DNA of 64,000 bases from Octopus sinensis (taxonomy: Eukaryota). The stretch covers positions 10,788,001 to 10,852,000 of the forward strand of contig NC_042997.1 in NCBI RefSeq assembly GCF_006345805.1, in the 5' to 3' direction. Shown piece after piece: positions 38,394 through 50,890 of the stretch. Numbering within the stretch: position 1 is the stretch's first letter; each line of letters begins with the position of its first letter. A program made the translations under genes and the position numbers. The notes beneath the pieces are model-generated. The model made no database searches. It worked only from the letters and a program-made list of their open reading frames with translations, and was not told the origin of the DNA.

Positions 38394-39060
38394 CTAAAGA
38401 AATGCACTCATGCACAGCGAAAATATTTTTCTTGTGGTTGTGTTTTCGTGGTCTTGTTGTTGTCGTTGTTGTTGCTGTTGTTTCTGTGCTAGTGGACAGT
38501 TGGTTTTTAAATGTGCTTTGCTACCACACACGTAGCAACTTAGCCTTCTGCCTTCGACGGCTACATGCAAGCTCGAATCCTCTGTGAATTGGATTCGGTG
38601 GGGAATTTTTTCAAAATTAGCTAGATCGATTTGGGCAAGTATTTCTACTCCCTGACCAATCCAGTTTTGCTGGTCCAGGACTGCGATTTCCAATATATGG
38701 ATTTCATCCTCTATGTCATAGCAAATGGCAGACACGAGCCATTTTATTTCAATTTCAGGGGGCACATTTTTTATTTTTATTTTTTTGACCCTACGACCAA
38801 GGTATGTAGGGATCATGAAGAGATTTTCATGTTGAAAGGACCTTGTGGAGAGGTTCTTGGCTCGCGCTCTTCGCTTTCGAATTTTACTTCGATCGTTGCA
38901 AACCTGTTCCCTCGTTATGTAGTCTTTAAGGCCCACATGGGCCTTAAACATTTTCCCACATTTTTGTGGGGTTTTTTTTTAGATATTTTTGTGATGTTTT
39001 CAGGAGTCTGTAATTGAATAGTGACTTCATTTTTGTAAACATTTCTTTGCAGGCAATCAG
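38394..39060 (-). mobile_element. Retroelement ORF1/gag-like remnant with CCHC zinc knuckle
   Basis: The 185-aa ORF 38394-38951 contains VEGRRLSCYVCGSKAHLKTNC (CX2CX4HX4C) after an RRM-like region (IKIKNVPPEI). The N-terminus is frameshifted. Confidence 0.7.
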
Positions 39061-39243
39061 TTCTTCCTTCGAACTTAGGTAGAGTCAATATCACTATTTC
39101 AATGGAGATTTTCAGTTGATGTCAGAATCTTGCGGATTTTAATAACTATGGGGTGAATTCTTTTTACAGACCAGTCATGTATCCCAAATGTTGAAATCAG
39201 CACTGGTACTGCAAATGCATTGTGGGATATTCTTTTCTACTCT

Positions 39244-39358
39244 AGGCACAAGGCCCGAAATTTGGGGGGAAAGGCAAGTCGATTAGATCGACCCAGTATG
39301 CAACTGGTACTTAACTTATCGACCCCGAAAGGATGAAAGGCGAAGGGGACTTCAGCGG
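39244..39358 (-). mobile_element. SINE family A, 5'-truncated
   Basis: ggcacaaggcccgaaatttggg...ctggtacttaacttatcgaccccgaaaggatgaaaggcg. Confidence 0.8.
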
Positions 39359-39427
39359 TGGGATATTGTCTTCTTGTGAGAGGAGAGTTCCGACTGCATT
39401 ATTTTTCTAAGTCTGATATAATATTCT

Positions 39428-39459
<32 letters not shown>

Positions 39460-39888
39460 TGTATGTATGTATTCATGTATGTATGTATGTATGTATATGT
39501 GTATGTATGTATGTATGTATGTATGTATGTACGTTCGTATGCATGCATGTATGTATTTATGTATGTATGTTTCTAACTTATGTTATAAATCCAAAACAGT
39601 GCATGTTAGAAGAAATGATACAAGTCGATGGTTTGTATTTTTACCTTATATTTCCTTGGGAAATCTTCCTAAAAAAATATATATATATCAGACAATATTC
39701 GTGAAAATCATACTGCCGTAATATATATATGTATGTACACATATGTATGTCTCTTCTACTTTTTAATTATTATAAATCTTCCACTGAGGAGGGAGCCGCT
39801 TTCCAACAAAGATACAAGGCTCCATCTTTGGGATGCAGTTAATACAGACAAATTCACATTTGGAACTTGAGAAAAGTCTTGCATATTT

Positions 39889-39933
<45 letters not shown>

Positions 39934-41048
39934 CATACATATCTTAGCCGTCACTCGCAAGTAGCTAGTACAACACTTTTGCTGTTGTTTTCGGTGTGAA
40001 TAGTTAAACGCAAATCTACGCCATGATTAACCACTTCGATATATTGCATATATGTCCGTATATATAATGAAATCTATTACAGTAGCACGTTTGTGTGTAT
40101 TTGAGCGTTTATTTGGGTGTGACACATATGCATGTGCGTTTGTGCGCGAGTGTATGTAAAGAAATGGGAGAGAAACTATAATGGAAGATACATATACCCA
40201 ACAGTTAAGAAGTTCATTGCACAAATAACAATAACGCAGAAATATATTTTCCAATAGAGAAGTAGATTAGGTGTATTTTAGAAGAAAAGATCACAAAAAC
40301 AATATAACAGGCGTTTTATAATGGACGACGTAATTGCTAAGTGATAGATGTAATAAAACGTTAAGCCAAGATGGGTTAAACATAGAATAAAATTACTCGG
40401 CACACAAATGAATATTTATGCTTCGAGTGCAAATAACTCTTAGAAAAATAGATAATAAAAATTAATAAACGCTGTCTCGTTCATCACTTTGTTTCGTAGT
40501 ACGAACAGCGATATAGATTTATGAAACGTGAACCATAGTTCTCGTTTCTTGTGAATTTTTCTTACTGCTGTCAACGCTTTTCAAACGTTGGGTTAGAAAT
40601 TAATGGTTCCTTGTATACGCAGTCATTTTTCTAATACTAGGAAAATCTTTACCAAGGGAGAAAAGATTGATTTTGTACTAGTTGTAAAAATAATTTGCTA
40701 CCTCATTTAACTAGACTCTATTTATGTAGAAAAGTAAAATTTTATATCAAGCTATCTTTCTAAAGAGTATTATGAATGAGGGTGATTTGAAAAGGCATCG
40801 ATCGAGAAATAAAACTTGTATTCCATTGGTGTTTGTTCAAAACATTCGCATTAATGCTTTTCCTTCATTTATATATATGACACACAAACGTGAGTATATT
40901 TATCCGGGCGCGTCTCTAAATTTTTAATGGATTACAGTGACAAATATATATACATGTACGTAAACGCGCGCGCACACACACACACAACACAAGAACAAAG
41001 ATCCTTCCAAAACTATAAGGTCAAAAGGCTGATTTTCTGGATTTTGTA

Positions 41049-41232
41049 ACGTATTTATTCACCCCTGCATGGGACGCAGGTCCATCGCAGAATTATGTAT
41101 TCTTTCCACTAAGAGGACTGGAACAGCGTGAAGTGCTTTGCTCAAAAATACAACGCATCGCTCGGTCCAGGAATTGAAACCACAATCATACGATCATGAG
41201 TGCAACACACGAATCACTAAGCCACGAATCTA
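41049..41232 (-). mobile_element. SINE family B copy
   Basis: Reverse complement has gtggcttagtgattcgtg...ggtttcaattcctggaccgagcgatgcg...tgcgatggacctgcgtccc. Confidence 0.75.
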
Positions 41233-41268
41233 CCACCCACGCACACGTGTGCATATATATATATTATA

Positions 41269-41301
<33 letters not shown>

Positions 41302-41393
41302 GGGAATAAAGGACATACTGGAATCTTTACCGGCTGATATCTGTCGCTTTTGTATTCTCTCTACTTTCTTATTTGGTATATATATATATATAT

Positions 41394-41431
<38 letters not shown>

Positions 41432-41474
41432 ATATATATATATGTGTGTGTGTATGTTATATATATATATATAT

Positions 41475-41506
<32 letters not shown>

Positions 41507-41508
41507 AT

Positions 41509-41795
41509 GGAGGTGCAATGGCCTAGTGGTTAGGGCAGGGGACTCGCGTCGTAGGATCGCGGTTTGTTTATTGAGCGAAAAATTACCAAAAGCTCCACGA
41601 TAACTCCGGCAGGGGGTGGTGATCCCTGCTGTACTCTTTCACCACTCTTTCTTTCTCACTCTTCTGTTTGCTGATCGCTTAGACCAGCGGTGGCGGGGGG
41701 GTGGCGTCATTCGAAGGCTAAAACAATGCGAACGCATTGTTGACCAGCGATGTGTAAAACATCTGATGGTCTGGTCGGTCACGTGATCACGTGAT
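41509..41795 (+). mobile_element. SINE family D
   Basis: tRNA-like head ggaggtgcaatggcctagtggttagg; 3' end ggtcggtcacgtgatcacgtgat. A second partial copy lies at 37652. Confidence 0.8.
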
Positions 41796-41865
41796 ATATA
41801 TATACATATATATTATATATTATATTATATATATATATATATATATAATAATATATATATATATA

Positions 41866-42222
41866 GGCGCAGGAGGGCTGTGTGGTAAGTAGCTTGCTAA
41901 CCAACCACACGGTTGCGGGTTCAGTCCCACTGCGTGAACATCTTGGGCAAGTGTCTTCTGCTATAGCCCGGGCCCCGACCAAGCCTTGTGAGTGGATTTG
42001 GTAGACGGAACTGAAAGAAGCCTGTCGTATATATTATATATGTATATGTGTGTGTGTTTGTGTGTCTGTGTTTGTCCCCCTAGCATTGCTTGACCGACCG
42101 ATGCTGGTGTGTTTAGGTCCCCGTCACTTAGCGGTTCGGCAAAAAAGAGACCGATAGAATAAGTACTAAAAGGTGGTGCTCCAGCATGGCCGCAGTCAAA
42201 TTACTGAAACAAGTAAAAGAGT
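41866..42222 (+). mobile_element. SINE family C, full length
   Basis: ggcgcaggagggctgtgtggtaagtag...gggttcagtcccactgcg...cttgggcaagtgtcttc...ggtgctccagcatggccgcagtc. Confidence 0.9.
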
Positions 42223-43176
42223 ATACATATATATATTATATATATTATATATATATATATATAAATAAATATATATATATAATAATTATATATATAATAA
42301 TATATATGTAATAATAATTATTCCCATTGAGGTTTTTATTCCCATGCTGGCCACCTGATAAGATCGGTATTTTAAATAACGATCTTAACCTTATTTATAT
42401 AAATATATATATATATTACATACATATTGTACACAAGAGAAACTGAAATAAATTTATGTATTACAAAGCCTTACTGTAGGAGAAATAAAAATGTAAGCAA
42501 ATTTCTTTTTATATTGATGTGCAGAAAAAAAGAGAGAGGGAGCTTACTGACGGACTATTTCACGGGCTGTTTACCTCCCTCAGTAAAGACTTCTCGGTTC
42601 CCTTATATACAGACACACACAGAAACACACGCGCGCGCATACGTATGTATGTATGCATAAGGTGGTACGTTTATGCTTATACAAAAACATACATAATATA
42701 AATAGGGTATGTCCATGTGTAAATATATATTTACATCCCCATGTTACGGTTACCTCGGGTTACGGGGATTTCGCGCTTATTTTATTATATACTGAAGAAT
42801 AGCTTATATTGCAATTCTAGCATTGACCTCAAGCAAGATAACTTTCATGTTGCCGCAACTTTGCTGATGTCACAACATTGAATTGTATTTCACGACTTTC
42901 ACTTGTGATTTCCTTCAATCTTCGCAAAACAGGCTCCAACTACCTACAGCAATGCGTGATCTGCCGGCACAGGTGTTATAGTATGTCATTCATTCACACT
43001 ACAGGCTTCAAAGAACCTCAGGAGATTACATTGCTGACATGTTACTAACACTCTTTTATGATGAAATTTGAATTACATTTATGTAATACAGTTCTATATT
43101 TAAGAGATGAGGAATTATGTACATTATTTACATTATTTACATTTGACGGATATTTATCCTCATCTTGTTTGTTGTT

Positions 43177-43222
43177 AACACAACGTTTCGGTTGATATAC
43201 ACTCCAGCCTTCATCAGGTGTC
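43177..43222 (-). ncRNA. Minimal type I hammerhead ribozyme (one mismatch in stem II)
   Basis: Reverse complement: gacac-CTGATGA-a-ggctg(gagtgtatat)caacc-GAAAC-GTT-gtgtt. Confidence 0.7.
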
Positions 43223-43283
43223 TTGGGGAAATTTCAAATCTGGGTTCTCATTCCTAAGGTATTTTTCGATGTTATTATTATTA

Positions 43284-43340
<57 letters not shown>

Positions 43341-43428
43341 CATTTTCATTCAGGTCTCTACTTGGAATCTTGGGGTTAAGAGCGCGGGCTACTAACACCA
43401 AGATTCCGAGTTCGATTCCAATCAGTGA

Positions 43429-43501
<73 letters not shown>

Positions 43502-43548
43502 TCGAAAAATACCTTGGGAATGAGAACCCAGGTTTGAAATTTCTCCAA

Positions 43549-43594
43549 GACACCTGATGAAGGCTGGAAGGTATATCAGCCGAAACGTTGTGTT
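43549..43594 (+). ncRNA. Minimal type I hammerhead ribozyme, canonical core
   Basis: gacac-CTGATGA-a-ggctg(gaaggtatat)cagcc-GAAAC-GTT-gtgtt. Stem I GACAC/GUGUU, stem II GGCUG/CAGCC, palindromic AACGUU stem III. Predicted cleavage after 43589. Confidence 0.8.
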
Positions 43595-43663
43595 AACAAC
43601 AAACAAGATGAGGGAAAATATCCGTCAAATGTAAATAATGTATATTTATGTAGTTTAATATAT

Positions 43664-44749
43664 TGTTGTGGTTCGGCTGGTACAGTATTTCTTGACCTAC
43701 TTTGTTGAGAGTGGAGACGGAAAGTCTGGAATAAAAAGTTACAGCCCTTTATTTACTGGAAGAGTAATGGCTTTTGGAGGGACCTTTGGCCTTTCGCCGG
43801 TCAAGAAGGGGTCGAGGAAGATAGAGTAAGGAAGAATCTAGTGACAGTGAAGAAGAGGAAGAAGAAAGTAGTGAGAAAGACAGAGTAAGGATCTGAGAGC
43901 TGTCATGAGAGAGTGACAGCAGCAGCGTCGAATGAAGATAGGCAGATTAAGGCATCTGAGAGCAGATAGAGAGGATATTAGCAGTGCAGAGACAGGTTGA
44001 ATGTAGTGATAGAGCAACAGTCGGATTTTGGTCGTCAAAGCGAGCGGTTGGACTTAGGAGCAAGGATTTGGGAATTCGGGGCAAGAGCTTGGCAAGTTGG
44101 AGTTAGCAGTACTGAGAGAGATGAGGTGCAATATGGGACACTGGCTATTCTAGTAGGAACTAAAGGTTCGTGAATTGTGTATTGATATGTGAAGAAAAAG
44201 AAGGAAAAGAATCGATGTATTGAAGAGTGAAAAGAAATGAGACAGTAAAAAGGAATTTAATGAACAATGTGAATTGTGTAAAGACATTGTGTACAGTGTT
44301 GTGACTTGAACATTGTATAATGAACATTGAACTGTTAGGTCTTTAATGTCCTTCGAACTGTATATGCCTTTAATGTGTTTTGAAATAGAACTGTGTCTTC
44401 GGACGTGTACTCTTGAAATGCTGATGTATTGAACTTGATGTGTTGTTACCGGACGGTTATATTGTATCTGCATGTTTAAATGCTTTGATCTGTGGTATAC
44501 CTGTATGATGTGTTGATTCTGTTACTTGCTTGTATTTACCTGATGTATCTTTAAATGTAATTGATGTTGTAACAATTGATTGTCATAAACTAGGGTTAAA
44601 TGTAAGCCAGTTGTGCCTTGCCTCTTTGTGTCTCTCTCAGTTGCCTCTGTGCTGCTGCTGCTGTTGTTGTTGTATCTATCTCTCCTCTCCGAGTTTCCGT
44701 GGCGAAAACATTCGCTGATCGACCGAGCGACGGCAGGTGGTCCGTAACA
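43664..44749 (-). mobile_element. Solo LTR (1086 bp), probably Gypsy-type
   Basis: Termini TGTT...AACA. 4-bp TSD ATAT at 43660-43663 and 44750-44753. AATAAA about 90 nt before the minus-strand 3' end. No coding sequence. Confidence 0.75.
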
Positions 44750-45601
44750 ATATATATAAATATATAGATAGATATAAATTAGAGAAAAACCACTATTATG
44801 CAATTCAAACAATGATAGACATAAACCAAATCATAAATAAAAAATAAAAAATATTTTTAAACATATAACTAGATCACAAAAAGAACAAAAATGACTAAAC
44901 AATATATACGTAAAAAGACTACGTACGTTTCATGGCTATAATTTAAATTCGAATTAGAATTAAATTTTAATTTAATCGAAAAACAATTCAATTTAAAATT
45001 ATAGTCATTCCTCAGGTCAGCAATAATAATAATAGTTAAATAAATAAGCAAATAGAATTAAACAATATTTCTTAAACAAATAAAATCATGATTGTTCTTA
45101 TAGAAGAAACACCATTAATTAATTTGAAACTTAAAGCATTAGAAACAGGTGCCTATAATACATTTATCATGTTAAATATTTAAGGTTAAAAAATAGATTA
45201 AAAAGATAGAAAAATGTATTTATCTGTGAAGATATAGTTTAGCTTTAATAAAAAAAATTATTAAACTATAGAATATCTTTACATTAGCTATACTCTAATA
45301 TTTTAATCACACTTAATATTTTTAGATTTTTGTTCACATACAATAATTATAAAATAATAAAATTATAAAATCATATAAAAGTACGTATCTAAATTATAAT
45401 CAGCAAATATAACAATTCGAAATCTATAATTTTTCAATCAATAAACATATAAATAAATAAATAAATTACTCCATTATTACTTAAATAAATATTATAGATA
45501 TCATTCCGAAAATATTTATGAAATAAAAAATAAAGAATAAAAAATTCCAAAACTAAAAACGTATAACTTATTGTTTATAAAATTATTTGCGAAAAAAGTA
45601 C

Positions 45602-45656
<55 letters not shown>

Positions 45657-46075
45657 ATTTAATTGTACTAGAAATATAATAAAAACCTTTACTTATACTA
45701 AAACATTTTTACAATCTAAATCACAAAGTGACAAACTGATATTTTACAATTTACGTTCAGATATAATAATTATAAAATAGTAATAATTAAATAAATGTAC
45801 GTATCTAAATTATCATTAACAATCAATACTTATATAGAATACATTATTATTTCTTAAATAAAAATGTATACTTATCTCTCCAAAAATGTATTATGAACTA
45901 AATATACTTCAGTCCACGTTGCTCAGTTCACTCAGCTGTAAATGTTCTTTTTGTGATCTAGTTATATGCTTTAAAATATATTTTATTTTTTGTTTATGAT
46001 TTGGTTTATGTCTATCATTGTTCGAATTGCATAATAGTGTTTTTTCTCTAATTTATATATATTATATATTTATAT
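44750..46075. repeat. Extremely AT-rich 1.3-kb segment bounded by ~135-bp inverted repeats
   Basis: 44750-44887 (...taaattagagaaaaaccactattatgcaattc...ctagatcacaaaaagaac) is the reverse complement of 45944-46075. Confidence 0.75.
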
Positions 46076-46612
46076 TGTGAAACTTGATTTAATACTAAAT
46101 TGAATTTTTTCCTATAAGTTTGGAGTTATACTCCCCAATATTATTATATAGATATTTGGTCTAACGACCCTCCATATTTCTTTTCGTTCGGTTTAATTCG
46201 GTTTCCTGTCCTGTTTTTTTTCCAACTTTGACCCTACATAAATCCTAAATTTTATTTTAGACTTTACGGGAGCAACTGTCTTTGAAGACTCATATTGTCA
46301 TTGAATGCTCGAAACGAGGAGTAGATAGACAGCCTACAATTAACGAAGGGTCGTTTCTCTGTGTTTACCTGTCCTGTTTTCGATTTTTGTCTCGTTATTT
46401 GCGTAATTTAACTCGTTTGTTTTCGTATTTCATGTTGTTTACACAGTTGGTGACGTCCTATATATATATATATATAATATATATATATATAATATATATA
46501 TATATTATATATATATATATAATATATATATATATAATATATATATATATTATATATATATGGATATGTATATATATATATATATATTATATATATATAT
46601 ATATATATATGG

Positions 46613-46652
<40 letters not shown>

Positions 46653-46664
46653 TATATATAACAA

Positions 46665-47860
46665 AGAGGTGTACTTCCACGCAAGAAAAAATAGGCAAAT
46701 TTGTTGTTGAAAATGCACCTAAATTTGAAAACGTAATTGCTTTTAAATAAATTTATTTACATATACACCAAACTAGTTTCAACAAAACTTCAGCTTCAAC
46801 AACTGCTTCAGTATATGACCTAAATCATCTACATGCTCGAATCAAATAGTTCTGGTTCATTTTGGACTTTACTCTGACTATGGCAGCATTCATAGATTCT
46901 TTGGTGTTATGAGCGTATTCATTGACCTCTCTCTCAACAACGCTTCACATGTAATAGTCAATGGATTGAGATCTGGGGAATTAGGAGGTCAAATGTTAGG
47001 AGTTATGTGCTCATGAAAATTTGAAGCCATTCATTCCTGTGTTACTACAACCATGTGTGATAGTGCAGTCTTACTGAAACACATATGGCCTTCCATTGCA
47101 TACACTGTCTATCCAAGGCTTAACAATTATTTCCAGAACCTCATTGTAGGCGACAGAGTTAACTCTAAGGCCTAGTGGAAAGAAGTCAGGAGGCATCACA
47201 TATTCTTCATTGCTGACAACCCCTAAAACCATGACAGTTGCAAGAAGTTTTTTATGCATAACACTTGGAACTTCTGAAGGGTCTGCACATAACCATCTGT
47301 CATTTCTTCTGTAATTTTTTATTTTGGTCGAAGCTTTCCTCGTTTGAGAAATACCAAATCAAATCTTCTGCTGGATTTTTCAGTTTGTTTAAGAGGCTTT
47401 TAGATCTGATGTAGTGATTTTCTTTGGCTTAGTCGGACAAATTGACCTTTCCTCATCACATAAGTCTTATATCTGATGTCTTCGTGGACAACATTTCTGA
47501 CTGGTCCTTCTGATACATGGAGATCTTTTGCAATTGACCTCGGGGACTTTACGAGATTGTAATAAATGGTCTGTTGGACTTGCTGGATAAATTCAGGTGT
47601 TGTGATGGTTTCAGAGCATTTAGAATGCTTTTTTTATGCTTTGATACTGGTGATGCGTTTCCATCTCGAGTCTCTAACTCCTTACAAATTTTGTAGACGA
47701 AGGATCTGGCATCTTTTAAAACTCGAGATATTTCTAAATCACTATGCTCAGCCTTTATAAGCACCATAACAGCATGCCTCTTCATTTCTTGAGTAAGCTG
47801 AAGGTTTGCCATTATTATTTTCTGAAACAAAGATTATACAGACTTAGCAAAAAATGCAAC
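46665..47860 (-). mobile_element. maT (DD37D, Tc1/mariner superfamily) transposase pseudogene
   Basis: MANLQLTQEMKRHAVMVLIKAEHSDLEI...WYFSNEESFD...RNDRWLC...VMVLGVVSNE..VMPP.FFPLGLRVN...VKPWIDSVCNGRPYVFQ...DYY. Contains stops and frameshifts. Confidence 0.9.
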
Positions 47861-47924
47861 AATGACCCAAAAGAGGTATGTCTACAAATACCTTACGCAA
47901 TCTGAATACAGAGCAATCTGAGGA

Positions 47925-48535
47925 CATGTACCGAGAGTGATAAAAATCAGGCATCCAGTCGACATAATGGTGTTTGGAGTGATCATTAGTTTGGAGTGAT
48001 CATTAGCCTCAGACTCAACACGAAGGCCTACATTAAGTGCCTGGAGGAGGTAGTGCTACCCTTGATCAAGAGAGTAACCGTTGGAAGACCCTGTCTGGCA
48101 ACAGGACTCTGCACCATGCCACGCAAGCAGGAGAACCCAGTCATGACTGTCAGACAATTTCTGCAACCACGTCTTCCCTAACATCTGACCACCTAACTCC
48201 CCAAACTGCAACACTCTTGATTATTATGTGTGGGGCGCAGTTGAGTGAGAGACCAACAAAACTCCTAGCTAAACTAAAGATGAAATGAAAGCAAGGACTA
48301 TGGCAGCATTCACCATCTTAAACAAGGAGACCGCCCAGAAGAGCTGCAGGAGATTTCGAAGTCGGCTGGAGGTCGTGGTTGAAGCCAATAGCGATTTTAT
48401 TGAATAAATTTAGTCTTTAGCATTTCAAGACATTTTTATGTAATTTTGGTAAATATATCTATTAAAATGAGATATCAGTGTTATTTTCATTTTTGCGTAA
48501 TTTAGACGATGGTTTATTCGCCGCACCGATGATGG
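47925..48535 (+). mobile_element. Second maT-family element, 3' half
   Basis: IMVFGVI...LNTKAYIKCLEEVVLP...QDSAPCH...PPNSP..N.LDYYVWGAVE...RRFRSRLEVVVEANSDFIE*. Ends in a TIR-like sequence. Confidence 0.88.
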
Positions 48536-48699
48536 AGGTACGTTGGATTGTTGGTATGGCTGTTTTTGTATATGTGGAATAGTATTATAACACATCCTTT
48601 TGATATATATATATATATATATATACTGTATTCGGACGTTATTTTTTGTGAAACGAATAAAGAAAGGATGGCTCAAGACCTATTCAAGAGTATATGGTT

Positions 48700-49310
48700 T
48701 AAATCTCGTGATTCATACTTCGTGTCACTGCGATCGTCAGGTGAGAAATACTATACCTCAGTATAATTTTTTTTTATATCCATCTGTGAATTTTTATCCT
48801 TTATCTTTATTAATTGTATTGTTCGGTTCTTTTTGGTGGCGCTATACCTGTAACTGATGAGTTTTAAAAAGTTTTGTTGCATCATTTTTGTTAGTTTTTG
48901 GCATGTTCAGGTTATTTCATTTTTCTGTTAGTTAGCCGTGTTTTGTTTTTGTTCCTTCTAAACTTCTTTATTGAAGGATGTTATTTGTCTTGAATGAGAA
49001 TCTTGCGTTTATCTTTTTCGTGTAATTCTTTGGAGCGTAAATTATGTTTGTCAAAAAAGGAAAGCTTTTGTTTACGGTTCGTTGTTCATACCGGTTTTGT
49101 CATTAGATTTATTTTTATTATATGAAGATGCCTTGTTTGTCAAATTGTGAAGGATGACTTTCTTTGGTTCGTTGCTCTTCCACTCTCTACATTGCTTTCA
49201 TGGTTGAGAGACAAGTTGGTCATAGTTTGCGTTTGTTTATAGGATTGTTGATTTTCTAAATGTATTTTTATATCTATGTGTCTGTGTCTGCGTGAGTTTG
49301 TGTGTGTGTG

Positions 49311-49399
<89 letters not shown>

Positions 49400-50650
49400 G
49401 TGGCATTTGCTTTGTCAGTTTGACTTAATGTGTTTTTTATTTTTCATTCTTGTACACGCTAGAGTCTAATTTTTTTTCTATGTGGCACGAATATTACTCT
49501 GTGAGAGTTTTCTTAATTTAATCTTCCCTGCTCGCACAGTTGGTGCTTCATTGCTGGTTTTATATCATGTTTGCAATTCGAACCATTTTTTAAGATGAAT
49601 ATGTTTTAGCGTTTGTAATGTGATAAATACTTGATTATATTGTAGAATTTTTTTCTGTTATACGGTGGGGACATATTCCAAAATCATTTATATACAAGGG
49701 TGCACGTTCTATTATTTCCCTACTTATGTTTGTGTTTATGTTCGTTGCACATTATATTTCTATATATAGTTCAGAATAAGCTCGTGTGATATTTATATAT
49801 GACTTTGAAGGTTTCGTTGTTTATTTTTCTTTTTTTATTTATTAATATATTCCTCTAACGATGCTTTAACTTCATATCCACATTCTTTTTAGACAGCTTT
49901 CTAGAGCGAAAATTATTTTGAACTGCAGCAGTTGCATGTCGTTTTGGCTATATACTGTATGTTTCTTAATATGTTATTGCTTATCATGTGTAAAATATAC
50001 TTTATGCTTTGTGCAGCTGTAGCTAATTTTTGCGTTGTTTCTATTAAACAGTTTGTGGTAGATATGTTCGACTAACAAATGTTAGGAAGATACGCACCAC
50101 GTTTATTACTACATTTACACTTATCATTTGTTTGAGAAGTTTGTGTATGTGCGCACGTGCGTGTGTGTGTGCATGTGTGTGTGCGTATGTGTGTATGTAA
50201 ATTGTAATTTTTAGTTAAACGTGTTCAGTTTTAGGACTTCGTTGTGAATGCTGCTCCTCTGTCGGAGATTTTCTAATCAACCTATATCGTAGAAATTTCC
50301 CCGATTTATGTTGTGACTAAGTTCTTAATTACTGATGGAAGATGATTAGAAAGTATGTTTATAATGAGAAGCATCGTGATTTGTTTTCTACAAGAGCGGT
50401 ATATTTTCCATAGTTAGATTTCAGGTCGGGTAATTTACTATAGATAAGTTCATACTATAGATAAGTTCATTCTAGGTTCAACTTTTTGAAGGTGTTCATG
50501 AAGTTTTTCTGAATTTGTTTTACTCATCTTTGTTGATGTTTTGGGAAATAGCCTTTACTGATTTTGTATTTTTATTAGTATGTATAGCTATACTAAGTCG
50601 CATGCTTCCGCTCTGTCATAGAATCGCATGAGTACATCGACGAGTTCGTT
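48700..50650 (-). mobile_element. Possible very old Penelope-like remnant
   Basis: A-rich minus strand with faint motifs (KINARFSFKTNNIL, MENIPL). Interrupted by (TG)n. Weak. Confidence 0.3.
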
Positions 50651-50697
50651 AATTTCCTTTCCCCAATAGCAGGTCTTATATGTAAATATGTGTACGT

Positions 50698-50755
<58 letters not shown>

Positions 50756-50859
50756 TAGATATACTTATACACGGTCTACATATACAATATATATATATAC
50801 ACATATAATATATATATATACATATATATGTATATACACATACATACATACATACATAA

Positions 50860-50890
<31 letters not shown>

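Larger units (their letters stand above)
43087..43642. mobile_element. Head-to-head inverted pair of a tRNA-headed, (AAT)n-containing, hammerhead-bearing element
   Basis: About 43129-43372 is the diverged reverse complement of about 43373-43642. The centre carries a tRNA-like segment (ggttaagagcgcgggctactaac...gagttcgattcc). Confidence 0.9.

Noticed and set aside
45000-45900. Possible NUMT or mitochondrial control-region insertion
   Set aside because: No recognisable mitochondrial gene, tRNA or rRNA motif. It is flanked by inverted copies of what appears to be a nuclear repeat.
46260-46325. Possible fourth hammerhead (gagc...gctcgaaacg)
   Set aside because: The core (ctttacgg) and stems I and III do not fit. 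Too degenerate to support.
48690-48745. Minus-strand CTGACGA as a hammerhead core
   Set aside because: No GAAA partner and no stem I pairing.
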